Assembly: GCA_964521185.1 (NCBI GenBank)
Contig: CAZFRC010000001.1
Span: 73,023 to 113,668 of the forward strand
Direction of reading: 5' to 3'
DNA from: an uncultured Candidatus Saccharibacteria bacterium
GTDB lineage: Bacteria > Patescibacteriota > Minisyncoccia > Phycocordibacterales > UBA12088
Length of the DNA stretch: 40,646 nucleotides
Made by a program: the position numbers and the translations under genes. The notes under the pieces are model-generated. The model was given only the letters and a program-made list of their open reading frames with translations, was not told the DNA's origin and made no database searches. The number at the start of each line of letters is the position of its first letter. Position 1 is the stretch's first letter. This document shows positions 1 through 9,943 of the stretch, one piece after another.

Positions 1-548
1 CCAGACGATTTGTATATTTTTTACTCACCATGCGCCCAGAATACCGACGCGAGCTATCTGAAGCGTTACTCTCTATTGGCGAAACGGTAAGCGTGTGCCC
101 ACACTGTTTTCGATATTTCACCAAAAATGGTGAAAACCAGTGTTCGGTATGCGGTGATGCTTCGAGGAATACGGAGCTTCTCATGGTGGTTGAAAAAGAT
201 GTTGACGTCGATGCCATTGAAAAAACCGGAGTATACACTGGAAGATATTTTGTACTGGGGGGCGTAATTACCGCTCTTGAAAAGCATCCGGAAGAAAGGA
301 TACGAGCAAAAGAATTCGCGCGCGCCGTTTCGGCGCGCGCGAAAAACGGTCTTAAAGAAATCATTTTCGCTTTATCCGCGACAATGGACGGTGACGAGAC
401 TCGCGAATACTTAATTGAAAAAATGGAGCCTGTTACTAAAAAACTCGGCATTCGACTCTCCACATTAGGACGAGGACTCTCCACCAACAGCGAGATCGAA
501 TATGCCGATCCCGCAACAATAAAAAACGCTTTGAGTAATCGAAAATAA
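1..548 (+). CDS. recR: Recombination mediator RecR (5'-truncated by window edge)
   Basis: C4 zinc finger (CPHC...CSVC) and TOPRIM motifs (VVEKDVD, YFVLGG, EIIFALSATMDG, LGRGL...EIEYAD). The frame is open upstream of the ATG at 30 (RRFVYFLL), so the true start lies before base 1. Confidence 0.95.
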   Translation, partial: RRFVYFLLTMRPEYRRELSEALLSIGETVSVCPHCFRYFTKNGENQCSVCGDASRNTELLMVVEKDVDVDAIEKTGVYTGRYFVLGGVITALEKHPEERIRAKEFARAVSARAKNGLKEIIFALSATMDGDETREYLIEKMEPVTKKLGIRLSTLGRGLSTNSEIEYADPATIKNALSNRK

Positions 549-572
549 AGTAGTGGCTCCTCTACTCCTCCC

Positions 573-614
573 CACACCTACACATAAGCACGATCGTTCT
601 TATATGCAGGTGTG
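573..614 (-). other. 16-bp RNA hairpin between convergent recR and rplU
   Basis: On the minus strand CACACCTGCATATAAG pairs with CTTATGTGTAGGTGTG using only Watson-Crick and two G.U pairs. No U-tract follows. Confidence 0.6.
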
Positions 615-741
615 AAAAATCTCTACAGATGTATGCAGGTAGTGAACATACTAAAACAAACAACCTGCGGAGATTGCTCATTTGTATTTGAATCAGTAGC
701 AAAAGAAAACGAAACCTACAAGCAGCGTAGAGTATATGCGA

Positions 742-1050
742 TTACTGTATCTTTTCTATTCGTATTTCCGTGTATGGTTGTCTATGTCCTCGTTTCTTAA
801 AATAGCGAGATTTCGGCTTGTACTTTATGACTTCAATTTTTTTTGCTCGGCCCTCAGACACCACCATCGCTGTAACCGTCGCCCCAGAAACCATCGGAGT
901 GCCTATTTTGGTATCTTTTCCATCATCGACAAGGAGAACCTCGTTAAACGTGATTTTTCCACCTTCTGAGGCCACACGTTCAACTTTAAGAGCATCTCCC
1001 TCAGAGATCTTATACTGCTTCCCTCCGGTCTTAATTACTGCGAATTTCAT
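742..1050 (-). CDS. rplU: 50S ribosomal protein L21
   Basis: MKFAVIKTGGKQYKI...KKRGHRQPYT signature. Confidence 0.98.
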   Translation of the reverse strand: MKFAVIKTGGKQYKISEGDALKVERVASEGGKITFNEVLLVDDGKDTKIGTPMVSGATVTAMVVSEGRAKKIEVIKYKPKSRYFKKRGHRQPYTEIRIEKIQ

Positions 1051-1059
1051 AGTTTCGAG

Positions 1060-1088
1060 ATCATACGCTATATGACGCCTTTTTTCAA
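1060..1088 (-). promoter_or_regulatory. Putative sigma70 promoter of rplU
   Basis: TTGAAA-17 nt-TATGAT on the minus strand, 9 nt before the ATG. Confidence 0.6.
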
Positions 1089-1131
1089 GGAGAATTGACA
1101 GATGGTAATATTTGTTGTTTGGTATTAAACG

Positions 1132-2193
1132 TTACTCCTCTTCCCTGTTTGGTTTTTCAATCGACACGACCGCAATTTCAGGAGATTCTCCGGTTATACG
1201 AAGCACATCTTTATCGATTTTTCCAAGTTCTTTATTCGCGGCATTGTAGTGCGACACAGTAGTGCCAAGTGCGCTTCCGAGTTTCTGCATGAATTGGTCG
1301 TAGTTGGAAAGATGTCGCCCCAATTCCCCCACTCGTTTTTGAATATTTTTCGCCTGCTCTTCAATTTGAAGCGCCTTGAGTCCTTGCATCACCGTCTGCA
1401 AATACGCTAGAAATGAGGTGGGAGACACGATGATAACTTTCTTTTCTTGAAAGGCATACTCAATCAGATCACGGGTTGAAACTTTTATGGCACCCACCTG
1501 GTTGACCAGAAGATCGTAGTAAATACCTTCAGACGGAATAAACATGAATGCGAAGTCCATGGTATTTTCGCTTGGACGGATATATTTTGAGGTTTCGTCA
1601 ATACGGTTTTTAAGATCCTGCTTAAATAATTTTTCAATTCTTTCGCGCTCATCCGAATCTTTGGCTTCTAAAATGCGATTGTAATTTTCGAGCGAGAACT
1701 TTGAATCAATGGGGAGAATTTTGTTTTTATCGAGAAAAATCACCGCGTCCACAATTTCTCCATCGGCAAATTTGTACTGCATCTGAAAGCGCCCGGGGGG
1801 TAATACATTCTTAAGCACCGTTTCCAAATAGTATTCGCCAAGCACTCCGCGCTGCTTCGGATTTTTGAGGATATCCTGAAGCGATCGAAGCTCATCGGCA
1901 AACGAAATCACCTGACGGTTGGTTTCGTCAAGTTTCGTCAAACCCTCGGTAACTTCGCGAACGATTTTGGACGATTCTGACAACTGTGTTCGTACACTTT
2001 CATGAATGGATGCATTCGATTCCTGCAGTCGTTCGTTCAACGAGCGTGAAAGTTCTTGTAATTCGCGCTGAAGAAGCAAGAGGCCCTGCGTCTTATCTTC
2101 CATTGGGGTTTGTTTCCGAAAGATGACATATAAAAACGCCGCATTTATGAAGAACACCAACACAACGAGAATGCCGATCGGTAGAGATTCCAT
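1132..2193 (-). CDS. rmuC: DNA recombination protein RmuC
   Basis: N-terminal TM and coiled coil, then RGVLGEYYLE, PIDSKF, TMDFAFMFIPSE, IIVSPTSF. Confidence 0.93.
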   Translation of the reverse strand: MESLPIGILVVLVFFINAAFLYVIFRKQTPMEDKTQGLLLLQRELQELSRSLNERLQESNASIHESVRTQLSESSKIVREVTEGLTKLDETNRQVISFADELRSLQDILKNPKQRGVLGEYYLETVLKNVLPPGRFQMQYKFADGEIVDAVIFLDKNKILPIDSKFSLENYNRILEAKDSDERERIEKLFKQDLKNRIDETSKYIRPSENTMDFAFMFIPSEGIYYDLLVNQVGAIKVSTRDLIEYAFQEKKVIIVSPTSFLAYLQTVMQGLKALQIEEQAKNIQKRVGELGRHLSNYDQFMQKLGSALGTTVSHYNAANKELGKIDKDVLRITGESPEIAVVSIEKPNREEE

Positions 2194-2211
2194 GATGTCT
2201 ATTGTAGCGCG

Positions 2212-4887
2212 TTAGCGCCGATTTCGCTCAAAAAAGAAGTATTTTGCAGTTTCAATTGTGACAAGGTTGAGAAATCCGAGACCGGCAAGCAAAAGTATTT
2301 CAAACGCCGAAAGCGGCACCAAGTGGAACGTACTTGCTATTATAGGCACAGTGAGCGCACCAAGGAGAGCGACAAGTGAAGCGAGGAGCCCGATTAAAAG
2401 AAACCGGTTGGTAAAAATAGAAATCTTCCATAGTGGAGTTTGGAAACTTTTGATTGAAAGCGCGAAAAAAATGGAATCGAGTGAAAGCGCCACAAACATA
2501 AATGTTTGTATTTCAGAAGCGGGAATTTGAGCGACGACTAACCATACATACAATCCTACGAGCAATACGCTAGTAATAGCGCTGGCGAGCAAAATCAAAT
2601 TACGGACGCTGGGTGTCATTACCGCGCCGAGTCCTTTTGCATACGGCTTTTGATTCATTATTCCCTTTTCTGCTGGTTCGAAAGCAAATGCAAAATTCAT
2701 AAGTCCACCCTCAATGATATTCGTCCACAAAAGTTGTGTCGGAAGAATGGGAATCGGTCCTCCGATAATGAGTGCCCCGCCAATCAAAAACACCGCACTG
2801 AAATTGGTGGAAAGCATGAATGCAAAAATTTTTCGAAGGTTATCAACAATACGCCGTCCTTCTTCCATGGCTGCTTCAATAATAGAAAAACTATTGGTAA
2901 GAAGAATGAGATCCGAAGCTTCTTTTGCAACATCCGTGCCGCTTCCAAGCGCAATTCCAATATCGGCATTTTGGAGGGCCGGCGCATCATTCACCCCGTC
3001 TCCCGTCATGGCAACAATTTCACCGCCATTTTTAAGAACGCGCACCAATCGAAGCTTATCTTCAGGAGCAACTCTCGCGCACACTACCTCCTCCTGGAGT
3101 TTTTCAAATAATTCTTGATCAGTAAGATTAGCAATATCGGCGCCGGTAAGAACGGGGGTGGTATCATGTGCAATGCCAACGGCGCGGGCAATATGTCTCG
3201 CAGTTTCCTGATTATCTCCAGTGGCCATTATCACTTTTGCCCCTGCGTTTTTTACCGTGTTAATAGCAAGAGGCACATCAGACCGAATAGGATCAGAGAA
3301 GACCAAGAAACCAACAAAAGTTGATCCTTCAATCAACGCTCGTTCAGCCTCAAGATCCCCCTTTTGAAGCGCGTTAAACGAAACATCTTTGTATGCAACG
3401 CCAATAAATCTCATGCCTTCAGCGCTTTTTGCCTGCTGCATACGCACAAATCGCTCTCTTGTTTCTCCATCAAGCATACGCGAAGTACCATGGAGAAATA
3501 CCGTCTCGCCCGCCGCAAGCAGAAATTCGGGAGCGCCGGTCATATAGAGACGATGGGTATTGTCTTTTTCAAGGTGGAGCGACGCGGCAAAACGGCGAGC
3601 GGATTCAAATTTCAAAAAATCAACCCGCGGCGATTTTGCATGGAGCATCGGCTGGGTAAATCCCGCCTCAAGACCTGCCCGCATAATCGCCTTTTCTATC
3701 GGCCGACCGTGAATAATGAAAGGTTCTCCGTTTCCATCCTCGTCTTTCGATGGCACTTCTTCAATGAAAGCGTCCGATGCTAACACCGCCATCTGAAGCA
3801 ACGCCCGGTCGTCTTCGCTCCACCCCTTCATTCGATCTATGGGATCAATCGAGGAAAGACTGTATATCGAATCGAGCACCATTTTTGCCTCTGTGAGCGT
3901 CCCTGTTTTATCTGTAATGACCACGGTGGTAGCTCCGAGCGTTTCTGCAGCAAGCAAATTGCGAACCAAGCCGCCGCGTTTCAAAATACGTTCCATTCCA
4001 ATAGCTAAAACCACCGTTACCGCCGCTGGCAATCCTTCAGGAATGGTAGCAACTGCAATGGCGATAGCCATCAAAAGTATTTCGACTATCATGTGTCCCC
4101 GTAGCACGCCCAACATAACAATGACGCCAATCATTACTATCACCACCCCGACAAGAAAAATTGCGAGTGAGCGGATACTTTTTTGAAGGGGCGTCATCCG
4201 CGTCTCCTGAAATTGAAGTGCGTTTGAAATTTTTCCAACTTCAGTGTCTGCTCCAATGCCAACCACAATACCCATTGCAGATCCAGATACTGCGAGTGTC
4301 CCCATATACGCCATGTTGGAACGCTCTGGCAACACAGTATGTGCGGCAACCGGAGTTATATCTTTTGCCACAGAAGCCCATTCTCCAGTGAGAGCCGATT
4401 CATTAGTGGTAAAGTTGTTTACCTCAAAAAGTCTTGCGTCAGCGGGAATAGTGGTTCCTGCTTCAATGAACACAATATCGCCCACCACCACCTCGGCGGA
4501 TGGTATGACGATTTTTTTTCCGTCTCGAAATACGACCGCATGGTGTTCTTGGGACGAAGCAAGGGTGTCAAAGGCTCGCGACGCTCGCTCTTCCTGAAAA
4601 AAACCAATAATGACATTAATAAGAAGCGCCACCAAAATCACGGAAGCATCCACTACTTCCCCAAGCATAAAAGCTCCCAATCCGGATAGTACGAGCACAA
4701 AAACAAGCGGGCTCTGAAGCTGCCGCGCTAATCGAATGATAATATTGTCATGCTGAACTTTCCCAAGAGAATTTGGGCCGTATGTTTTGGCACGAGAAGA
4801 AGCTTCTTCTCCAGAAAGGCCGTTTATTGTATCAGTAGCATACGCAAGCGCTACCTCACTCGCTTCCTTTGCGTGCACATCATCCAT
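2212..4887 (-). CDS. Cation-transporting P-type ATPase (P2A-like)
   Basis: TGE, PEGL, DKTGTLT phosphorylation site, TGDN, GDGVNDAPAL. Start re-set to MDDVHAKE (4887) because TATACT lies 7 nt upstream and the longer ORF overlaps yqeY. Confidence 0.93.
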   Translation of the reverse strand: MDDVHAKEASEVALAYATDTINGLSGEEASSRAKTYGPNSLGKVQHDNIIIRLARQLQSPLVFVLVLSGLGAFMLGEVVDASVILVALLINVIIGFFQEERASRAFDTLASSQEHHAVVFRDGKKIVIPSAEVVVGDIVFIEAGTTIPADARLFEVNNFTTNESALTGEWASVAKDITPVAAHTVLPERSNMAYMGTLAVSGSAMGIVVGIGADTEVGKISNALQFQETRMTPLQKSIRSLAIFLVGVVIVMIGVIVMLGVLRGHMIVEILLMAIAIAVATIPEGLPAAVTVVLAIGMERILKRGGLVRNLLAAETLGATTVVITDKTGTLTEAKMVLDSIYSLSSIDPIDRMKGWSEDDRALLQMAVLASDAFIEEVPSKDEDGNGEPFIIHGRPIEKAIMRAGLEAGFTQPMLHAKSPRVDFLKFESARRFAASLHLEKDNTHRLYMTGAPEFLLAAGETVFLHGTSRMLDGETRERFVRMQQAKSAEGMRFIGVAYKDVSFNALQKGDLEAERALIEGSTFVGFLVFSDPIRSDVPLAINTVKNAGAKVIMATGDNQETARHIARAVGIAHDTTPVLTGADIANLTDQELFEKLQEEVVCARVAPEDKLRLVRVLKNGGEIVAMTGDGVNDAPALQNADIGIALGSGTDVAKEASDLILLTNSFSIIEAAMEEGRRIVDNLRKIFAFMLSTNFSAVFLIGGALIIGGPIPILPTQLLWTNIIEGGLMNFAFAFEPAEKGIMNQKPYAKGLGAVMTPSVRNLILLASAITSVLLVGLYVWLVVAQIPASEIQTFMFVALSLDSIFFALSIKSFQTPLWKISIFTNRFLLIGLLASLVALLGALTVPIIASTFHLVPLSAFEILLLAGLGFLNLVTIETAKYFFFERNRR

Positions 4888-4949
4888 AGGACATAGTATA
4901 CATGGTGGGAAACCACTTGAAGAACTGATACGTATGGTACAATCTCCCC

Positions 4950-5405
4950 ATGACACTGCAAGAACAAATCCGAACTGATTTAACTGCCGCAATGAAGCAA
5001 AAAGAAGAACCTCGGCTTACGGTGCTTCGAGGACTTGTTGCCGCGTTCACTAATGAACTCGTACAAATGAAGCGAGGACCTCAAGGAACGCTTTCGGATG
5101 AGGAAGCTCTTTCGATAATTCGTCGCGGAGTAAAGCAGCGAAAGGACGCTATTCAGCAATTTATTGCCGGAAACCGTCCTGAGCTTGCGGCAAATGAAGA
5201 AGCGGAAATACGAGTCCTTGCCTCGTATCTCCCCCAACTCATGAACCAGGATGAAATTCGTATCATTGCTGAAGCAAAAAAAACTGAACTTGGCGTAACT
5301 GATAAATCAAAAGCAGGAATCTTAATGTCAGCGCTGATGAAAGATCTTAAAGGTAAGGCCGATGGCAATGATGTGAAAGCGATTATCGATATTTTGCTGA
5401 AATAA
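4950..5405 (+). CDS. yqeY: GatB/YqeY domain protein
   Basis: DLTAAMK...KQRKDAIQQF...GNRPELA..E..E...L..YLP pattern. Confidence 0.92.
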   Translation: MTLQEQIRTDLTAAMKQKEEPRLTVLRGLVAAFTNELVQMKRGPQGTLSDEEALSIIRRGVKQRKDAIQQFIAGNRPELAANEEAEIRVLASYLPQLMNQDEIRIIAEAKKTELGVTDKSKAGILMSALMKDLKGKADGNDVKAIIDILLK

Positions 5406-5454
5406 CCGTACCTGTAACACGTGCAATATAAATAAACTCTGAAACATAGTATAT

Positions 5455-5814
5455 ATGCATCGAATCACTATTCCACTAAGTGTATTACAATCTGAAAAAC
5501 TGTATCCACTTGTTCGAGAATGTTCTGTGCGTTTGGATCCAAATACACCAAATCAGTATCACGTTCGACTACAGACCGCTCTCGGCATATATCTAATTTC
5601 TCTGTTACACGAACCCGATTCAAAAAATAAAGCTAAAAAATTCACACCTATTGGTTATGAAGTAGAAAGTGACACTACCCCACCGAATGCACATGTATAC
5701 GAAGCGGCATTTCGGGCGGTCAATATTGCAATTCCTCTCATTAGAACAGAAGAAAAAGATCGGGAACTAAAGAAAAGAACAGAAAACGAGCTACGTCCTC
5801 CTCGTTTCTCCTAA
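5455..5814 (+). CDS. Hypothetical protein (119 aa)
   Basis: Fills the gap between yqeY and mpg without overlap; no recognised motif. Confidence 0.65.
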   Translation: MHRITIPLSVLQSEKLYPLVRECSVRLDPNTPNQYHVRLQTALGIYLISLLHEPDSKNKAKKFTPIGYEVESDTTPPNAHVYEAAFRAVNIAIPLIRTEEKDRELKKRTENELRPPRFS

Positions 5815-5828
5815 ATGCAACACCTAGA

Positions 5829-6395
5829 CTATTTATAGTTATTATGCCTTACCGTATGCGGTAAGGCTGGATTCGACCGCAACAAAAATCGATATTTTTT
5901 ATTCGCCCATCTGGGTCCTGCGTAGGCAACGCCAATGCGGGGAGTTTTTACAATGGCGCGCTTCGGAATACTGACACCGCGATCTTCGATCCACAAACCA
6001 GATTCTGGTGTGGCGGCTTTAGCGTTTAGAGATTTGCGTATAGAAAGGGCTTTCGTGAGACGTCCCGGACCAGAAATTTCCTCAACGCCACGCACCAACA
6101 CTGCCGCTGGATACCCGCTTTTTCCACATACAATATTCAGCATGTAATGCATGCCGTAACAAAGATACACGTACCAATGTCCTGCTTCGCCGAACATCAC
6201 TGCATTTCGGGGTGTCTTTCCTCGGTGGGCGTGCGAAGCTTTATCCTCAAATCCTTCGTACGCCTCAATTTCAGTAATCATTGTCCGAATAATCTTGCCA
6301 TTTCGCGTTCGACGAACAAGATATGTTCCTAAAAGTGCTTGCGCAACGAGAACCGCGTTTCGGTTAAAAAAACTTCTACGAAGTACTTTTTTCAT
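5829..6395 (-). CDS. mpg: 3-methyladenine DNA glycosylase (AAG/MPG family)
   Basis: ITEIEAY, YVYLCYGMHYMLNIV, GPGRL, TPRIGV motifs. Start could be 6395 or 6407. Confidence 0.93.
   Translation of the reverse strand: MKKVLRRSFFNRNAVLVAQALLGTYLVRRTRNGKIIRTMITEIEAYEGFEDKASHAHRGKTPRNAVMFGEAGHWYVYLCYGMHYMLNIVCGKSGYPAAVLVRGVEEISGPGRLTKALSIRKSLNAKAATPESGLWIEDRGVSIPKRAIVKTPRIGVAYAGPRWANKKYRFLLRSNPALPHTVRHNNYK
5846..5867. terminator. Perfect 9-bp hairpin between convergent genes (possible bidirectional terminator)
   Basis: GCCTTACCG-TATG-CGGTAAGGC, lying in the last codons of mpg. Confidence 0.5.
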
Positions 6396-6436
6396 GAGAT
6401 ATTTCAAAATAGGACACGAGCGTTATAGTGAAATCT

Positions 6437-6511
6437 TGGTGACCCCTACGGGAATCGAACCCGTGTTTACGCCGTGAGAGGGCGCTGTCCTAGCCGCTAG
6501 ACGAAGGGGCC
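6437..6511 (-). tRNA. tRNA-Glu (anticodon CTC), CCA encoded
   Basis: GGCCCCT/AGGGGTC acceptor stem, anticodon arm GCGCC-CTCTCAC-GGCGT, GGTTCGATTCC T-arm, terminal ACCA. Confidence 0.97.
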
Positions 6512-6561
6512 AATGATCCCAAAATAACACAGAAACTTGGACTTTAAAAACGATTTCGATT

Positions 6562-7857
6562 TTATTTTTTCTTCAACCACTCCGCATCTTGTCGCGCCAA
6601 AAGTTCTTCTTTTCGATCTGGTTCGGCCATAATAGCTTCCACCACCCTCTCAAGACGCATGGACTGCGATCCCTTGCATAGCACCACATCGCCCGGCCGC
6701 AACAGTTCGTCAACTTTTTTTCCTGCTTCGTATGCATCATCAAATTCGAAAATGTTGCTTTTCGAAAATCCTTCCTGATTCGCCGCAACGGCTGCCATCC
6801 GCGCGCGAATGCCAACAGTAACGATAATATCGACAACATTCGCAATCTCCTTCCCCGCTCCCTTGTGTGCGTCCCCCGTATATTTCCCAAGCTCAAGCAT
6901 ATCGCCAAATACAATAATCTTTCTCCCTTCCGTCTGTATGTCTTTAAGCGTGGAGAGCGCTTCGGTGAGCGCGATGGGAGACGCGTTGTATGTATCATCA
7001 ATAATCAACGTATCTTTAATGCCAGATAATAATCGCATACGGCCCGGGGGGGTCAAATGTGATTTGAACGCTCGAGCGCTTTCTCTTGGAGTCAATTGTT
7101 GAATTGATGCGACCGCAAACGCCGCTAGAACCGGATACACATGCTGTCGTCCCAAGACACCCGGGAGCACTATGGGTACTTTCGATTGGTTGCTTGCCAC
7201 ATCAAAGGCGATGCCGGAGGGGCGATTATTGGAATCATATGTCAAGCGATAATTAGTGGCTTGAAACGCAGACCCTTCGCTCCACCCATAGGTAATAACA
7301 TTCGATTTTGGAAATACCACACGCTTCGTAATATTCGGATCGTCGGCGTTTACCACTAGAAATCCATCATGTCGAAGCGAACGCACAATACTGTAGTCTT
7401 CATCATGGAGCGCCTCAGGTGTTTCAAAGAATTCAACATGAACGGGTAATTCCGGAAATCGAGTCAATACGACAATCGACGGGGACAGCCAATGCGCAAG
7501 ACTGGCGATATCGCCCGGCTTATCGGCGCCAACCTCGAGAACCAGCCATTCCGGATAATTGATCGGCCATACAATCAATCGAAACCCGTGCAGAATATTT
7601 TTCAACCACTCAAGCGGATTTTTCCACGCATTTGATCGTCCAAGAATGGTAAGCGGAATGCCAATTTCAGTGTTATAGGTTTTTGCGCTTTTTCGCACAT
7701 GACCATGCCCCATAAGGACCGTATAAATAGCGTCTTTGGTTGAAGTTTTGCCGACGCTTCCCGAAACCGCGATGATCTTCGGCTTATATTTGCGAAGTAT
7801 CATACGAGCCTCACCCATGAGAATCGTAGCGATTATTTTTTTCAACGTGGGAACCAT
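6562..7857 (-). CDS. murF: UDP-MurNAc-tripeptide D-Ala-D-Ala ligase
   Basis: GSVGKTSTK P-loop, YNTEIG, DDTYNASP, GDMLELG, KGSQSMRLE; last gene of the dcw cluster. Confidence 0.9.
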   Translation of the reverse strand: MVPTLKKIIATILMGEARMILRKYKPKIIAVSGSVGKTSTKDAIYTVLMGHGHVRKSAKTYNTEIGIPLTILGRSNAWKNPLEWLKNILHGFRLIVWPINYPEWLVLEVGADKPGDIASLAHWLSPSIVVLTRFPELPVHVEFFETPEALHDEDYSIVRSLRHDGFLVVNADDPNITKRVVFPKSNVITYGWSEGSAFQATNYRLTYDSNNRPSGIAFDVASNQSKVPIVLPGVLGRQHVYPVLAAFAVASIQQLTPRESARAFKSHLTPPGRMRLLSGIKDTLIIDDTYNASPIALTEALSTLKDIQTEGRKIIVFGDMLELGKYTGDAHKGAGKEIANVVDIIVTVGIRARMAAVAANQEGFSKSNIFEFDDAYEAGKKVDELLRPGDVVLCKGSQSMRLERVVEAIMAEPDRKEELLARQDAEWLKKK

Positions 7858-7858
7858 A

Positions 7859-9568
7859 TTATCGATCGGGCGGTATTTCGTAATAATTAATCAAGTAATC
7901 CACCATATGCATAAAAGGCTTAGTCATGGTTTCAGATGCATAACGAACCCCTTTTGGTTCAAGTGTATATATAAATATAAGAAACTTCGGTTCATATGCG
8001 GGGAAATATCCAAAGAACGAATGCAGGTATCGATCGTCATAATAGCCTCGCCCGTCCGTCTTTGCAATTTGTGCGGTTCCGGTCTTCGCCGCGATTGAAT
8101 AATGTTCTTTTTTTACCGTACCGCCCTGAAGCGCAGTATCGACTACCGTAACAAGCATTCGCGTAACGGTTTCCGCCGATTCTTTTGATATGACTCTACG
8201 TTCTCCCGGAAACGAAATGGTATTCGTGAACCCCGAACGATAAGCGATGGATTGCGCGACATGAGGCGTAACCAACACACCGCCATTAGCAAGCGCCCCT
8301 AGTGCACGCGCCGCCCCAATGGGAGACAAAGCAATTCCCTGTCCAAAGGAAGCGGTGGCATATTCAACGGCTCGTGGACTGTCGAGATTACCGATTAACC
8401 CCCTTACCTCGTTTGGAAGATCAATACCGGTTTCCTCTCCTATTCCAAAACGCTTCATATAATCTGCAAACCGCGCAGAACCCATGGTGTGGACCACAAA
8501 TGCAACGCCTGTATTTAGCGATTGATTCAACACCTCCTGCATCGATACGATCCCGCGGCCGCGCTTATCGAAATTAGAAATGGTATATCCATCAAGCGTA
8601 ATATAGCCGAGGTCGTTGTAAGTAGTCTCTGGAGTTATCGTTTTTGCATCAATGGCGGAAGCCATGGTAAGCGGCTTAATAATTGATCCCATCTCATATA
8701 CTCGCTCAACTAACGGATTTGCAAATGTGTCTGGATTGGCTTCACGAAAATTATTTAAATCAAAATTCGGCAAGACAGCCATGGCAATAATTTGTCCACT
8801 GGTTGGATCCATAATAATCCCCGCAGTTTCGCGCGAATTATAGTCTGTGTGCACAGTATCAAGAGTCTTCTCAAAAAAAGTCTGCACATTCGGCTCTATT
8901 CCAGTAACCACATCGCCATCGAGTAACGTGGCATCTTTAGTGATGATATCCGACACGCTATTGAACACTTCGGCAAAAAAATTAGTATACGCGGAATCAG
9001 TATCTCTCGTGAGCGTGTCCTCGTAATACCGTTCGATGCCGTACATACCCCGAAGCGTATCTTGATCGAAACTCAAAAATCCGATGGCATGAGAGGCAAG
9101 CGAATTACCTGGGTAGTAACGCCATCGTTCTCGATGCACTAATACTCCTGGAATGTTCAAATCTCTTATCGCTTTTCCAGAAGCATCGGAAATTCGATGC
9201 AGCAATTCTTCGTACGGATCATTCGTCTTTGACGCTCTCGCAAAAAACACATCACGCGGAACAGTTACATGCTTGCTGAGTGCCTCGTATACAGCTTCTG
9301 GATCCTTGAGTTCAGATGGGTTAATCGAAAGCACAAAACCCGACATCATTGTCGCAGCCGAAACCACCTCTCCGGTTTTCCGAGTAAAAAATATAGAGCC
9401 GCGATTAAAGAGCCGCGCGCCTGGATTGGTGTATTGCAATTCAGCGCGCTCGGTAAATGTATCCGCAGAAACGATCTGGAGCATCCACAATCGTCCACTA
9501 AGGATTAAGGCCCCTACCACAATAAGAGCGCCAAGCATCCGGATTCGAAGAACAAAATGCCGACGCAT
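7859..9568 (-). CDS. ftsI: Class B penicillin-binding protein (FtsI/PBP3-like)
   Basis: N-terminal TM, SIIK (SxxK), SLN (SxN), KTG; downstream of mraZ-rsmH-ftsL. Confidence 0.9.
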   Translation of the reverse strand: MRRHFVLRIRMLGALIVVGALILSGRLWMLQIVSADTFTERAELQYTNPGARLFNRGSIFFTRKTGEVVSAATMMSGFVLSINPSELKDPEAVYEALSKHVTVPRDVFFARASKTNDPYEELLHRISDASGKAIRDLNIPGVLVHRERWRYYPGNSLASHAIGFLSFDQDTLRGMYGIERYYEDTLTRDTDSAYTNFFAEVFNSVSDIITKDATLLDGDVVTGIEPNVQTFFEKTLDTVHTDYNSRETAGIIMDPTSGQIIAMAVLPNFDLNNFREANPDTFANPLVERVYEMGSIIKPLTMASAIDAKTITPETTYNDLGYITLDGYTISNFDKRGRGIVSMQEVLNQSLNTGVAFVVHTMGSARFADYMKRFGIGEETGIDLPNEVRGLIGNLDSPRAVEYATASFGQGIALSPIGAARALGALANGGVLVTPHVAQSIAYRSGFTNTISFPGERRVISKESAETVTRMLVTVVDTALQGGTVKKEHYSIAAKTGTAQIAKTDGRGYYDDRYLHSFFGYFPAYEPKFLIFIYTLEPKGVRYASETMTKPFMHMVDYLINYYEIPPDR

Positions 9569-9589
9569 ACGTAAAAATGAGCATTCTGA

Positions 9590-9943
9590 TTATTGGCTCG
9601 CACTTACCAAGGAATTTTCTCTAGTAATGAATTTTTTGTCGTATATTTTAACAAAACCTCTCGACACCGCTTCATATTCGGTGATAGTGCCTGTTTTTGC
9701 AAGATATTCGGTTTCAAGAGCTGCAATACGTGCGTTTCGATCAGCAATGCTTCGTTCTATTTCTTCTCGCAACACCACATGCGCTACTGACGATGCAATG
9801 GAGTATATATAAAGAGCCATGCTTCCTAATATGCAACATAGTAAAAACCAAAATACTTTGCGGCCGTGGTCCTCATGACGTTCGGCGACATATTTTGTCC
9901 CCATCTGTACCTGTCTATACATTATACGAGTAGTTTGTAACAT
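9590..9943 (-). CDS. FtsL-like cell division protein
   Basis: Single TM followed by a coiled coil, located between rsmH and ftsI. Confidence 0.7.
   Translation of the reverse strand: MLQTTRIMYRQVQMGTKYVAERHEDHGRKVFWFLLCCILGSMALYIYSIASSVAHVVLREEIERSIADRNARIAALETEYLAKTGTITEYEAVSRGFVKIYDKKFITRENSLVSASQ

Noticed and set aside
4888-4992. N-terminal extension of the P-type ATPase in the ORF track
   Set aside because: It overlaps the divergent yqeY start; a -10 box 7 nt before Met at 4887 supports the shorter start.
5455-6511. tRNA-Glu as an integration site
   Set aside because: No integrase and no duplicated tRNA 3' end was noticed in the window.
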